Shown one piece after another: positions 1 to 14,040 of a stretch of DNA of 64,000 nt. The notes below the pieces were generated by a model, which did no database searches, was not told the origin of the DNA, and saw nothing but the letters and a program-made list of their open reading frames with translations. Source of the DNA: Leucoraja ocellata. Taxonomy: Eukaryota. Every line of letters starts with the position of its first letter. The stretch's first letter is position 1. Both the position numbers and the translations under genes were made by a program. Location: NCBI GenBank assembly GCA_036785375.1, contig JAWMAR010000027.1, positions 6,572,001 through 6,636,000 on the forward strand, given 5' to 3'.

Positions 1-742
1 GTTAATGACTTGAAACATTAATCCTGTTTCACTCTCCACAATTGTTGTCTAACCAGCTACATGCTTCCAGAACTTCCTGCTTTTATTAAAGATTTTTAAG
101 CATCTGTCATATTTTGCCTTTGGATTGATAATTAATAATTCCATCTCATTTAAGATTCATTCAAATGACTGATTCCATAAATAATGTAGGCCGTGAATGT
201 CAACAGAAATTAATTAAAAACTCATAACTCTTCCCCTTTACCTTTTTTTCATGCAATTATTCTCATAGGTGTAGCAAGGCACATTTTAATACGTTATTTA
301 TTTAGTGAAAGGAATTTTTGAAAAGGAGCACAAGGCTAAATAGTCAATTTCCCTTTGGTGTGCCAACTCTTTCGGCAATGCACATAAACCACAATGAACA
401 ATCACAGGGGTTTTACAAATGGAAAAAAATGAGATTCACATCATTTGTTTGATATTTGCAGTAGACAGGAACACCAAAAAAGGTAAATAATCAATGTATA
501 TTTTTAATGAAGGAGGAAATTGCACTAAGCAACTACCTCTCCTAATTGCTGTTGATTCTTCAGAGAATTTCATCATGGAGGTAATTTCAATATTGCATTA
601 CAAAGTGCAAACACATGCTATTTGAATAGCAAACTTTGCTCAGCAGAAACTTTGAAATTGATCGACATAATAATTTATTAAACCTTCAAAATGATAATTG
701 CATCTTGAGACATAACATGATGCTGACACCTGCCGATGCCCT

Positions 743-2140
743 CTCTCAAGTTAACATGCTTGTAGGTTTACTATTGTCACACGTACACAGAAAAGCGTTG
801 TTGCATGATATCCAAATAGATCCCATACATTAATACACGCAAGTTTAACTAAAGTACAATAGGTATAGCAAAGCGGAAGATACAGAATGCAGAATATAGT
901 TCTCAGCATCGTAGCGCATCAGCTCCATGAACAAAGTCTAATGTCTACAACGTGGGGAAAGTGAATTGGATGTATCATAGCTTATTGGGACCGTTCAGGA
1001 GCCTGATAACTGAGGGGAGGAAGCTGTTCCCAAGTCTGGTGCTGCACACTTTCAAGGCAACAGGGAGAAGGAGGAATGATTGGGGTGGGACAATCTTTGA
1101 TTATGTTGGCCTCTTTTCCAAGGCAGTCTGAAGTGTAGGTGGAGTCTGGTCTCTGTGATGGCATGTGCAACAACAACAGAGCAGTTCCCAAGCCAAGCTG
1201 TAATGGAACCTGACAATAAGCTTTCTATGATGCATCTGTTGAACTTTGTAAGAGTCATATCCTAAATTTCCTCAGTCTTCTCAGGAAGTAGAGGGATCGG
1301 TGTGCCTTCATAGCTGTTGTATTAATATAGTTGGTAGACGAGAGATCGTTGATAATTTAGTAAACCTCATTATAACGGACAAGATGAACTTTAATACACA
1401 AAAGGACACAAAGTGCTGGAGTAACTCACAAGGTACATGGATAGGTTTGGAGGGATATGGGCCAAAAGCAGGCTGGTGGGACTAGTGTAGATGGGAGATG
1501 TTGGTCGGAGTGGGCAAGTTGGGCCATGCCAGATTAGCGGGGGGAGGCCTCCTCAAATGGAGTGGACTGTGTGGTGGGTGAAGGAGGGTCCGGCCGGGGC
1601 TGGAAGCGGCCATTAGAAAGGGGTTGGTAAAAAAAGAGGGTTTACCGTATTAACGCCAACTAACTTGAAGTTGTCAACCATTGCCACATTGGTAACTTTA
1701 ATGCTGATTGGGGCATGTGGTCCACCATGTTTCTTGAAGTCGATAACTAGCTCCTTTGACTTGCTGACATTGAGAGAGAGGTTATTGTCCTGACATCATG
1801 TTACTAAGTAGGCAGTGGAGGCCAATTCACTGGATGTATTCAAGAGGAAGTTAGATATGGCTCATCGGGCTAATGGAATCGAGGGAAATGGTGAGAAAGC
1901 AGAAACGAGGTACTGATTTTGGATGATCAGGCATAATCATATTGACGGTGCTGGCTCGAAGGGCAGAATGGCCTACTCCTGCACCCATTTTCAATGTTTC
2001 TATGTTTCATCCATCTCCTTTGTGTATTCTATCTAATCTTTTTTCATGAGTGGGCCCACCACAGTGGTGTTATCTGCAAACTAGTAGATGGAGTGTGAGC
2101 TAATTTGGGCTGCATAGTCAAGAGTGTGTAGGGAGTGTAG
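743..2140 (-). mobile_element. Nested cluster: decayed LINE (possibly Rex1/L2-like) with CR1 tails (about 1432-1525 and 1808-2008, +) and a Penelope end (about 1400-1430)
   Basis: LINE-type 3' end (tttactattgtcac), CR1 tail gaagggcagaatggcctactcctgcac...tttctatgtttc, and acacaaagtgctggagtaactc. Confidence 0.55.
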
Positions 2141-2394
2141 TAGAAGATTGAGAATTTCAGACCCCATACTAAATGGCAAGGGCTATTGCTGCAGAAAGGT
2201 TTTATACAGTTTCATGTCATGCTGCTTGAATAACAGAATGTCAGGCTGTCAAACTATGAACGGCCTTGACATTAGAAAATATTTAAAATCATCCAGGAAC
2301 ATTCAAAACTATAAAAAGCTATAAAACAACTTAAAAAAAAGCACATAATTAAAGAAAATGAAGATTATAGAATTACTTTTTAAAGGATAAAAAT

Positions 2395-2690
2395 GTTTAT
2401 TTAGTTTAAAGATGCAGCATGAAAACAGGCCCTTCAGTCTACGCCAACCACCAACCCATTCACATTAGATTTATGTCATGCACTCCCCGCACACTTGGGG
2501 CAGTTTTACAGAGATCAATTAACCTACAAACCCACACATCTTTGGGATATGGGAGGAAACCAAAGCATCCGAGGGAAACCCACAAGGTCACAGGGAGAAC
2601 ATGCAAACTGCACACAGACAGCATCCAAAGTTTGGCTTGGTCTCTGGTACTGTGAGGCTGCAGGTCTACCAGCTGCGCTACTGTGCTCCA
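2395..2690 (-). mobile_element. HE1-like V-SINE (diverged)
   Basis: Same family motifs. Confidence 0.7.
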
Positions 2691-3336
2691 CTAAGTTAAT
2701 TAGAACAAATCAAACATAACAAGTCAATCCTCATCAAAATTTGAGAGCAGTTAGAAAAACAGTTAGGGAGCACCATACAATTTCAGTACCTCTCTTTGCA
2801 CTCATCCTGAATTTGGTGGCACTTCCACAAGGAAATGACAGCAGTTCAGTATAGGAACTGCTCTCAATTCCCAGCAACTTCACAATTTGCTGAGTGAGGC
2901 AGCTGTCCACACAAAGCACAGAGTGTGTAGCAGTGGGGGCTGTCTGATAGATATTTCCATATATTCATGACTCTTTCATTTTACCTTTAAATCATGTTAA
3001 TTTCCACTTATGCCCTCATAATTCACTTCAAATTATTAACCTGACTTTACCCTATATCTACATTGTAATATTTTACTTGCTTCAGAAGAGTAATATGATT
3101 TTATAATGACGTGAGAACGATTGCAAAATGGAAACCAATTAGACTTCAGCCTTTTCCTTTTACGTGACTTTTATTTTATTCGTGACATCTGCAAAAATTT
3201 TACATGGGCAAGAATGCCCAATTGCCCAAAAAAATGTTTTAATATAATTGCCAGATGGTAAGCAGATAGAATTTAACAATTTAGTTGAGCAACCGGTTAT
3301 AGAATCTGTTATCATTAAATAAGAGACTGTACTTAC

Positions 3337-3459
3337 TGCTGGTCATCCAATAAATATTTAATGGTGGTGGCCCATTGGGAGGGTTACATGGTAACACCAC
3401 AGACTCCCCTTCCTCCACCTTAATGGGTTTCATGCTCTCCTTAGGGAATCTCGGGATAG
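3337..3459 (-). CDS. CHL1: L1-family CAM exon, Ig2 N-terminal half (123 nt)
   Basis: ttgttttcacAG...GTAAGT; encodes [40 protein letters not shown] (CHL1 has PKFPKE...VEEGDPIVLPCNPP); phase 1 to 1. Confidence 0.92.
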
Positions 3460-5409
3460 CTGTGAAAACAAATTATTATTCGATGTTATTTGTCATGAAA
3501 TATAATTTTGAAAATGCACATTTCGTATACCAAATATAGAATACGAGAGGAAACAGACACATAACTCAGCATGAGGCACAAGACAAAGGTAATGAAAAAC
3601 AATATGCACCTGAATAGAAATCAATGGCGAACTGTTCAACTTACAGATTCACATCCTTCTACACATTAATGTTATAGCTCGCTGCATCCAGATACATAGT
3701 TAAGGCACAGTTTGATGCCGCAATAGAAATTGTTGGGTAGCCAACAATTTATTGTTCGTTGTAATTAAGAGGATCTATTTGTAATGTTCTTTAAGTTGAA
3801 AAGCTACAAAGATTTTGTTCAAATTATCCTTTTTCAATTTTTTTGTATATTGCCATCTGAAAAGCAGCAGCATAATTTAGAAAGCTGTTCTGGATAATTT
3901 GATTTGATTTGCAAATGTTCTATTTCTGTGTGCACACCCTTTTCTTCTCGTCACTGCATGTTAAACATTTGTAAATGAATAATTCAGGTTTAATGTTGAT
4001 GGAAGTCATTAAAAAAAACTTGTATGTTTCCTTTGTAACCTTTGAATACATCCACAATGTGTACTTATAAAGTAATCACATTCTTGAGGTCCTACGGCAC
4101 TTCACATAGGCAGAAGGAGAAGTGCGATGCCAGGGAAATACAAAGAGGTTGATACTTAAACAAACTGTTACAATGCAGCACCGCAACTTGCAATTATACA
4201 GTGCTTTTAATGTTAAAATGCTTTTCACAATGGAGAACATCAAACCAAATCTGAAAGTAAGCTGCATAACAAGGTGTTTGATTGAAAAAAGATTCTTACT
4301 AGAGGAAGGAGAGGTATACAGATAATGGAAAAGATAATTACAAAATGCTGGAGTAACTCAGTGAGACAGGCATCATCTCGGGATAGAGTAATGGGTGATG
4401 TTTTAGTTTGAGACACTTCTTCAGACTGTTAAAAATGGCATGGATGTGGAATGGAGTGACATATAGCTACCTATAATGAAACCGCATGGTCCTTAAGGAA
4501 TATGTTTTCTAAGATTGCGCAAATGCAAAATACAAAGACAAATAAAAGAGTCCTAAATTCTACAAGACAGTGAAAGAAAAATACAGTGCAAAAATATAAG
4601 TTTGTCCATGCTAAAAGTGAGATTTTGCAGGGTGTAAAGCCCCAAGTCACAAAAAAGCAATCCTTCTCATTGTATGTAAAGTGTACGTACGGTGGAAATG
4701 TCATAGAATCATAGCTTCATGGCAGCATAGAAAGGGGCCATCCAAGACATTCTGGGCAATTAGTTTGAGAGTAAAAGAAACTTCAAAACTAAGTCTTCCT
4801 TCTGCATTATTGTTTTTATTGGTATTGCTGAAGTTAAGAGGGGAAACAAATTTATCAGTTCCAAATCGCTGAAGTAATTTTTCACTGCACAAGCATAAAG
4901 CAGCAAATAGTATTGAAACTCTTAAAAGAGCTGAGAATGTCGTAACAGCAGGTTCATTCTCAACACTTTTACTTCTTTGTTGCTTGTTAAATCCTGCCCA
5001 GGCACATGTTTCTTTCTTTTCAAGAGTTTTCTGAAAAATAATGGTTCACAGGGATTCCAATCCATGTCCCAGTGGGTGAGAGACAATAGGATATGATTCC
5101 CTCTAAATCTTTCACCATTCAAACTAATTCACACTTAAATACACAACACTAATGTGTGAATGGAAGAAAGTTATCCTGCTAAGGTTAGAATTAAGCTTGT
5201 CATTAAGTAGAGGAGAAAGGTATTTACTCCTGCAAACATGAAGCACTTGTTATTGTTACTATTGACCGGAAATGGAAATGCATTTAATTTTCCATTATTA
5301 TTTTAACAAACAAATAGAAATTAACTAATTACAAAGATCAAAATTTGGCAGGAAAAATCAATTAAAAATACACTGATGAAGATTACAGAAATATTCAGTA
5401 TATCGGAAT

Positions 5410-5580
5410 TAGTTTAGTTTAGTTTAGAGGTGCAGCGCAGAAACAGGCCGTTCTGTCCACTGAGTCCATGCCAATGTGTGATCCCCGCACACTAACATTA
5501 TCCTATGCACACTAGGGATAATTTACGATTTTACCAAGCAAATTAACCTACAAACCTGTACGTATTTGGAGTGTGGGAGG
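5410..5580 (-). mobile_element. HE1-like SINE, 3' half
   Basis: (TTTAG)n tail plus family body. Confidence 0.75.
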
Positions 5581-6266
5581 ATAACCTACACGGAGGTAGC
5601 AACATTACCTAGCGTGGACAAGTAGATGCTCTGTTTAGAGCAAAATTTAGCAGAAACAAATATATTTCGCACCGCAGTTCATCTCAATTATACTTCTTGT
5701 TCTGAAATTAGTACATTGCTAATTGGGATATATAAAATTGCCACACCAAAAACAGCAGTATATCTGAAAACTCAAATTTCATCCAGCTGCTGACATTTAG
5801 AGGCAAATGGGCAAACCCACTACTTAATCACTAAAGCCACCAACGTGTAACATTCCCAGCAAATGGTAAATTCTGATCACTACCACAGGGCTACACGAGG
5901 CAGTGCAAGGAGGGGAGCACGTCCCAGATCCTGGAGACACAGAAGGATCACATCACCTGCAAGAAGAATGTTTCCCCGTTTGTATGAGGGGTTGGGGTGA
6001 GGGGTGAGGGGAGGGGAGACCCTTGTGGAACCAAGCAGTCAACATTGGCAGGTGGCTGTGAGAGAGGTCTGCACCACACAGGTCACTAGTGTGACCTGGC
6101 GTTGAAAATAAAAGCTTCGTAAAATTGATCAGATCCAAGTTCTTGCACCTATGGACTTCTTCATTGTATCTTCTAATAAACTACTAACTTTCCTTCTGAT
6201 TTTCTATTTACACGTACCCTTTCAATGCTGACATGGTAAGTTTTCCATCCGACATAAAGGTTTTTG

Positions 6267-6492
6267 GAGACACAAGGAATTGCAGATGCTGGAAGTTTGA
6301 ACAAGCAAAAACTCTGGAGGAACTCAGCAGATCGGGCAGCATCTGTAGAGGGAATGGACAGGCACGGCTTTGGGCCAAGACACTTCTTCAGCCCAATTAG
6401 TCTGAAGAAGAGTCCCAACCCAAAATGTTACCTATCCATTCCCTCGACAGATGCATGCCTGACCTGCTGAGACCTTCCGGAATTTTCTGTTT
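6267..6492. mobile_element. Older Penelope terminal-repeat fold-back
   Basis: ...cttcttcagcccaattagtctgaagaag... at the centre, with diverged inverted arms. Confidence 0.65.
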
Positions 6493-8699
6493 AGATCTTT
6501 CTGAATCTCTAGAAGTGGGCAGTTGAAGCTGAAGTATCTCATCAGAGGATATTTTCCCATAATTAGAAATCCACATTGATAGTTTTTCCTTGTTGGTCGA
6601 GGTAATCATTATAGTTCTTTCATCCGTGTATGCCATGGAAAAGACTGCGATAACACACACTTATGGCTGGCTCTCTCAAGAGAGACTGGGTTTCTAAGTT
6701 TTGGTCATAGTTATTGTCATGGAATTATGGGATAGCACGCATTTTGCTTTCAAGGTGTGACATTCGGAAGAAGACACAAGGGAGAAAGGCCGATTTAAAA
6801 TTTTAAATTGTACTTGGGCATGTGCTCTCTGCCCTTTGCATAAACCAAAAATACTCTAAGTTAAAAATAAAGGCAAGTTAAATTTATCTCGAAAAGTACA
6901 ATCAGATTCATCTGGAAAACTGGTGCAATAGGATTTAACTTGGAATATCTCTGTGTTAAATGCACAATTTGCCTCTGGTGGAGAGCTAACACAGACAGGA
7001 TGAACCAAATGGCCACCTTCTGTGATGTAAACACTTTATGATTCTATGTTATAAGTGCAATTAGTTATTATTACAACTCCCTCCAATCTACTGATTAAAG
7101 AGGATAAAAACATTCAGAATGGAACAAAAGCTCAAAAGTTTGCCTTTGACATCAACAGCTCAGTATAATAATATTTATCCATGAACATTTAATTGCCAAA
7201 TCAACGCGCTCAGTCACCCTCAAATTAAATACATAATGTTGTGCCCTGAATGGTGTTATCCAACACTGAACACTTCGTGCTGATAAACATATTCAGGAAT
7301 AAATTGAAATGTGCTTCAATTTCATGCAGAGCAGAAAATATTGCCCAGCATTTACTTCACAGCATTATATTTCCACACTCTTATTCGTCAAAGAAAATCT
7401 CAAATATTAAATGCTGGTTTGGGTGAAATCCAAATCAAGATTTTCTATTTGTGATCAGTTCTAGAAAAAAATGTGTTACCCATGTTGCCCTGCGGAATTT
7501 CTTTTTGAGTTCTGGCAGTCATAAAAACATTTTAATCCAAAAATGTTTAGGGCTTTGTTTAATCTCTGACTCGCAATTCCATTTTGGTGAGTTGCCAATC
7601 ACCTTTACCAGCAAGCGGGGATCAGCTACTTCAAGCACTGCAGGGAGAAGTTGAATTGATAGGACGTCACTTTGGAGCGTGTATATCGAGCAGGTAATCG
7701 TACCATCAGTAGAGGGCTGGGGAAACACAATCACCATCTGCTTCCTTGGACAGGAATGGAGTGATCGCAGGAAGCCAAGACAGAATTTTAGACAAAGCAG
7801 AATATTTGCTATAATTTGATTAATGAAGAATATAATGTGATCATTTTTTTCTGAATTCTCACAAATTAAAACATTAGTGGATCTACCCTTACAAATATCC
7901 TTTACAATTCATGGAATCGTAGGAAGATACTGCATAGAAGGTGATTCAGTCCATCGTGCTTGCATTTGCTTTTTGGCTCATGTCTCCATCACTGACTAGT
8001 CCTTTACATTGGCAGAAATAGTGAACCATAAAAATACAAATTTAGATACATTTGTAGTGCTGTGGTGATGATTTCAGTTATAATTAAATACCGTTGCCTT
8101 ACACCAAATGACCTTTAAATTAATTTAGTAGTTTAAATGAATAGGATTAATTTTATTATACTGATCAATGATTTATGATATTGTTTACCTTTTCGTACAA
8201 AAATACATGTATCGATAAGAGCAAGTCAATATGTTACTTCATACACTGCTCGGATTCATTCACAATAAAGAACAGCAGGTCACACAAGTAAATGCCTGTG
8301 GTAGACCAGAGCAATGATGCCAACTAGAACACTACACACAGGCCAAGAAGGAGTTTGCTTTGACACGCTTACATTAACACACAAACCTCCCTCATTATAG
8401 GTTCGGTTGTAACTTTAACAGGCTGCTGGTTGTCTGCTGGCACAAATTGTAGTGCCATCAACAGAAAAACAATTCAATATTTGGCCCTGAACATTCCCAG
8501 ATGGTTTGCTGGAACTTCTATTGATATACAACAGTACTTTACTCAGGCCTGTCAGATGCTCAGCGTGACATTTCAAGCGGAACTCAGATCACATCGTACT
8601 TGGGAATTGCAAAAATGAAAAGATAAACATGGAAATTACAAGAAAATTACATGCATTTTCTTGTTATGCATACTTACACTTTAGCATTTTTAGTATTTT

Positions 8700-8982
8700 T
8701 GTTTCAGAGATATAACTTGGAAACAGGCCCTTTGACCCACCCAGTCCGCACTGAACACTAGGGACAATTTTACATCTAAACATTTATACCATGCCAATTT
8801 ATACCACTACAAAGTTACGTCTTCGGCGTGTGGGTGGAAACCAGAGATCTCAGAGAAAACTCACGCAGGTCACGGGGAGAATGTAAAAACTCCGTACGGA
8901 CAAGCACCCGGAGCCAGGATCGAACCTGGGTCTCTAACGATGTAAGGCAGTTAGTAGCTCTACCGCTTTGCCACAGTGCCTC
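8700..8982 (-). mobile_element. HE1-like V-SINE
   Basis: Same family motifs; reverse B box ggatcgaacc. Confidence 0.78.
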
Positions 8983-10447
8983 CCAAATGTCTGTATTAAA
9001 ACTGATAACTTGAATCTAAATTTCCTGGTTTCAATGTAATTAAATGCAACAGTGGTGTTGAACTAGTTTTTTCAAGATTAATAGATAACTCACCAAGACT
9101 CTCTGTCATTCATATACACTGCTCCAACATGTAAAAGATAAGCTCACATCAATCTCCCAGATTCAACCAACCTGTTATCAAACGTCGGTGCATCTAAATT
9201 CTTTTGAGAAAATCCTATCCATTGTCCTCCTACATGTTTAGAAAGAATATGTTGCTTCCAACGCCTTTCAATGGGCAACATCTTTGTTTAACATGACAAT
9301 GAAGATGTAAGGACGGATGAAAGATTCCAAGAATGATGGAACCATTGCATCTCCCTTGCTCTTTCCACCATTATTTTACAACAGTGTTAACTCTTTATAG
9401 GCCAAGCGGCTTCGAAAGAATATTGGCAGACAGTTTTGTTATCCATATCAGCATGGACATGAGAGTCATCCTGTATACATTTAATGCAATTATCTTTCTA
9501 CTTCCACAAACACATTAAACATTGATACAACATAGTAGAGCACTGGAATAGACCCTTCAGCCCACAATGTCTGTGTTGAACATAATGCCTCTCAACAACA
9601 CTGCAGCACCACTTTTACCAGGGCTACAACAGTTCAATAAAATGGCTTACCACCTATATTTGAAGGGCATTTTGGCCATGGTCATATTTTCCTATCACAT
9701 AGGATGTTGTCATTTGACCCTTTAAGAATAAAACAACTCTTTGAGCATTTTTCCACAAATGTTACCAGTGAACTCTTTCCTTACATTCCCATCATCTCCC
9801 CTCCCACCTTCCCCAGATAGACACTTGGAGCAACTTGCAGTAGCCAATTAACCACCCAGTCTACATGACTTTGGGATGTGGGACCTGTTTTTGCGTGGAA
9901 CAGCAATAGTAAGCACATACAAGCTGTACATACTATCCTTATGATTAATACACAGGTCATCATTGTTAATTTTTATTCAACAAGTATTTCGCACACTAGC
10001 TCGAAGTTGTTCCAAGTTCTTTGCTTATTCCATTTGGAATAAACAAAGAACTTGTAACATCTCAGAGCTAGTCCTGAGATGCTGCAAGATCATAGCATCT
10101 CATAACATGGGGAGATGCTGTGATATCTCCCTATGCCTGTGCTGAAGATATGGGGAGCTTTCATATGCCATGATATACCATGGGGATAACTCTGCTTCCA
10201 GAATCCAGAAATTCTAGTCTGGGATCAGCAAACCCAAAGCTTGGAAATTACTCCAGTGTGCAATTATACCCATGTATTTTAAGCATTTAAAGCATGTAGG
10301 CATTCTTGTGCTTCTCCAGCTGGGACTATCATATGTGTCATTTCTTTGAAGTCAAAATACATTGATGTGGCACATTGGTTTGTCTGTCATTAACAGTGGC
10401 TGGGAAGCACAGCTACCTGTCAGGTAAACTGCTGAGTACTTTGTGCA

Positions 10448-10820
10448 TAGACACAAAATGCTGAAGTAACTCAACGGAACAGGTGGAATCTCTGGAGAGA
10501 AGGAATGGGTGACGTTTTGGGTCGAGACCCTTCTTCAGACTGATGTCAGGAGAGTGGGTGGTACAGAGATAAAATGCAGTCGGACACACCAAGACTGATC
10601 GAAGAACTGGGAAGGGGGAGGGGATGGAGAGAGAGGGAAAGCAAGGGCCACAAAGTTACAGAAGTCAATGTTCATACCACTGGGGGGTAAGCTACCCAAG
10701 CAAAATATAAGGTGCTGTTCTTCCAATTTGCGCTGGGCCTCGCTGACAATGGAGGAGGCCCAGGACAGAAAGATCAGTGTGGGAATGGGGGAAGGAGTTA
10801 AAGTGTTTAGCAACCAGCAC
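10448..10820 (-). mobile_element. Penelope-like 3' fragment with terminal repeat
   Basis: SEAQRKLEEQHLIFCLGSL.PSGMNIDF matches the 24 kb element. Confidence 0.8.
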
Positions 10821-11116
10821 TTTCTACTTTGTGCAGATGGGCAAAAGGGCTGAAATGGACATGAAGATCCCAAGGGTGGAGGTCTGTGCTGTTCAACTCT
10901 CTGACTGATCCTACAACAAACTATGACCTTACTTCACAGGTTCTGATGCTTGATGTGCTAATTTGGAGCTGCTTTCCTCCTCAAAACTCCTCATAGATTT
11001 CCTGCTAGTCTTGGAAAAAATGTTGCAGAAAGCATATATGCATCCTTGATGCTAATTCACGTCATAGCTTCAAGTCCATTAATCAAAGCCAAACATTGAA
11101 ATCTAGAAGTACTTAC

Positions 11117-11310
11117 TTGCAGTGCTGAAAACAATTTCCTCAGATACTGCTGTCCCCAGTTCATTGCTAGCATAACAATGATATTTTCCCTGAAAAGTGT
11201 TCAAATTGCCATTGTTGTTTTTCATCACAAATGACCCCGAGTTTATAGTTGTATTCATTCTGGGGTCCTGTGATGGATCATATTCTTTGCCATCCTTGGT
11301 CCACCGAAAA
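11117..11310 (-). CDS. CHL1: L1-family CAM exon, Ig1 C-terminal half (194 nt)
   Basis: ttctAG...GTAAGT; encodes FRWTKDG...FQGKYHCYASNELGTAVSEEIVFSTA (Ig Trp and YxC motifs; human CHL1 has FQGKYRCFASNKLGIAMSEEIEF); phase 2 to 1. Confidence 0.92.
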
Positions 11311-13934
11311 CTAGAATACAAAGGAGGGAATTTTTATTATAATATCTTATATATACCATGTCTTCTTGAATCACAAATCCATTCCAATATCAGACCAGAA
11401 TGATCTCACAGCAAATATACAGAGCGATGTTAAAATGCCTCAAGCTGATCCGACTTCACCAAGCTGAAAAGGACAACGGTAACTGTAAATAATGTCACAC
11501 CCGAAAACCACTACTCAGTTTATTTCCACTGAAAAATAATGTGAGATCAAATCACATAAAACAAATTCAGCAAAGATACAAAATATGTACGAAGTGTTAT
11601 GCCTGTCACAATAACATTTTTTTAAAAAGCTTGAAATGCTAATGTTGGTTGCTAATAAACATAAAAGTTCAAAATATGTTATTTTTACCTATTCTACACC
11701 GGTGCATCATTTCCAACTGAAATTAAAAACGCACGCATAAATACATGGTTAGTAGCTGATCTGACGGGAGATTTGACTAGGTGCAATTTTCTTTGGCTGG
11801 ATGGGTCAACAATAATTGAACCTTATCTACTGATCCTTATCAACAATAATTTCCCATTTTTGGTGACTGTCATAAAACGCGCCATTTTAATGATATTTTT
11901 CAAAAGACTGTTGGATATCCAAATAAACTCCATTTATGCCTCCCATTTGTCCATCCTTTATTACATTCTGAGATACTTGCAAACATTTATTAAACACAAT
12001 TTCCCTTTAATAAAATCATGCCAACTCTTTGCATCAATTATTAATTTCTGACTGGTCTACAATTACATTTGTAATAATCTCAATATTTTCCTGGATTTCC
12101 CAACTGACCAGGTCTTTGAGGCCAAGATAAGACTCAATATTTGAAGCATTTGAAGAAAGCTACAAGGTGCCGCTGGAAACGTGACGATACTTTGTGTACT
12201 GCCTCAGAAAATATCTACTGTTTTACATTATAGTCATTGCACACCTTTACTTATGTATGGGGATCATGACAGAAGCCTCCTCCTAGCGATCCCCGGAAAC
12301 GACGACACGATGCACTCTATGACGCGTTGGACGACCATGTTGGACGACGACAGAAGCCAACAGCGGGCTATACATCGTCTGACACACAGCAAACTTATGT
12401 ATGATTTGTGCTTATGTATAGTATTATTTTACTAGATTGTCTGCAAACCAAAGCATTTCACTGCATCAAGGTACATGTGAGAATAAAGTAACCGTTCCCC
12501 AGTTTCTTCCCCGCAACTCTCCTGCATGGATTAGATACATTTATGGTTTTACAATCTGATTTGATCTTTCCAGAACATACAGGATTATGGAAGTTCACAA
12601 GACACCCATCCACTTTAGCTACTTTTAATTAACATTTAGCCATTCAGATCCAGGAGATTGTTCTGCCTTTTGCCCCATTCATTCATTCATTGTCTATCAT
12701 CTATGCTCCAGTTTCAGGTTCTTCCCTCTTCTTTTGTCCCCAGATGTTCAACTATTATTGTGGTGTTTTCACAGTCAAGCCAGAAACAAAATGTTTGTTC
12801 AAAGACTTTGCTATTTCATTCACTTCCATCTCATCCTTTAAAGGAATCAGTGTTTACCTTTCTTGCTAAGTATTTGTTGAATCCACTTGAAGACAGGAAA
12901 ATGGGGTCAAGAGGGAGAGATGGATCAGCCATGATTGAATGGCAGGGTGGATTTAATGGGCCGAATGGCCTAATTCTGCTCCTATTACTTATTACATATC
13001 TGATTTATTTTTACTGGCTAGATTACTGTCAATCCATTTTCACTTTTTTCTTCAATAATCCTTTACTGGTTTCAAAACTTTTCTAATTGACAATATTATA
13101 TATTTTTTTCTGAATTTGATACCATGTTTGATTTCCTTAGTTACACATTGGATAAATCTTGCTTCTCCTAAAATCTGTGTACCTTAATGCAATATATATT
13201 GAGAACAATGCAAAGACTCTAAATACCCGTCACTGCTTATAACATCCTATGGCAACTGATGCTTAGGTTTGGATATCAATATTAATTCATCAACCTTGTG
13301 AGCTTAAAGGGTAGCACTGGTGAAGCAAGGTGTCAGTACTAGCTTCAGGCAGGACTCTGGTCCTTGCACATTGGTCTTCCATTTGACTGTGAGGACTTGC
13401 TGAATTGTACTGCTCTGAGGTGCTTTTAATCTTTATTAGATGCTGGCCTATGATTTATTTGAGTATTCATTGACATCAACATGATCCTTTGCACAATATA
13501 AATATGAATCCAAAAGGCAAGTATAAACCACAATAATTTGAGTTTGGAGTTGATCACCCTTTGTCTGATATTCCACCCCCCTACCCCCTCACCCTACCCC
13601 CCACCAAGACCTTATCATCATGGATAACTCAAATAGGGTTGCTGGACTCAAGAGTGTAATACTCTCACATTCATCGGCACAGCACGAGCTTCCATTCCAT
13701 CTCAAGGCTGCAATCTTAGCCAAGGTATCTCAGTAAATTGCAGCCTTGTTGTGGTGGTGAGGCCTGAATCTTTCAAATGCAATACCTTCTGCAACAAACC
13801 TACAGCGTTATCCATAGCAGTCAATTCAAAGGAGATGAACCAGGTGAATAGATATTTTAAGCACCATTTTGTTCGGTAGGTGATCAATGCTTCCTCCAGC
13901 AACAGTATTACATGGCATAAACGGCAATACTTAC

Positions 13935-14040
13935 TGGGGTGCTGGATTTCCTCTGGCTTCACACTTGATAATGAAATCATCAGTCGGATACACAACATGC
14001 CGCTTGGGCGACTGCTCCGTTATAGTAGGAGGCTGCTGAA
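13935..14040 (-). CDS. CHL1: L1-family CAM exon, Ig1 N-terminal half (106 nt)
   Basis: tttttttccAG...GTAAGT; encodes [34 protein letters not shown]; phase 1 to 2. Not in the supplied ORF track. Confidence 0.9.

Noticed and set aside
2780-2830. Minus-strand IQDE resembling the next exon (HI.QDERV)
   Set aside because: Continues ECKE with no GDLYF/GNLYF motif or suitable exon structure; the real exon is probably outside the window.
5830-5931. Good minus-strand acceptor ttctgtgtctccAG
   Set aside because: In-frame stop and no Ig similarity; the flanking exons already join seamlessly.
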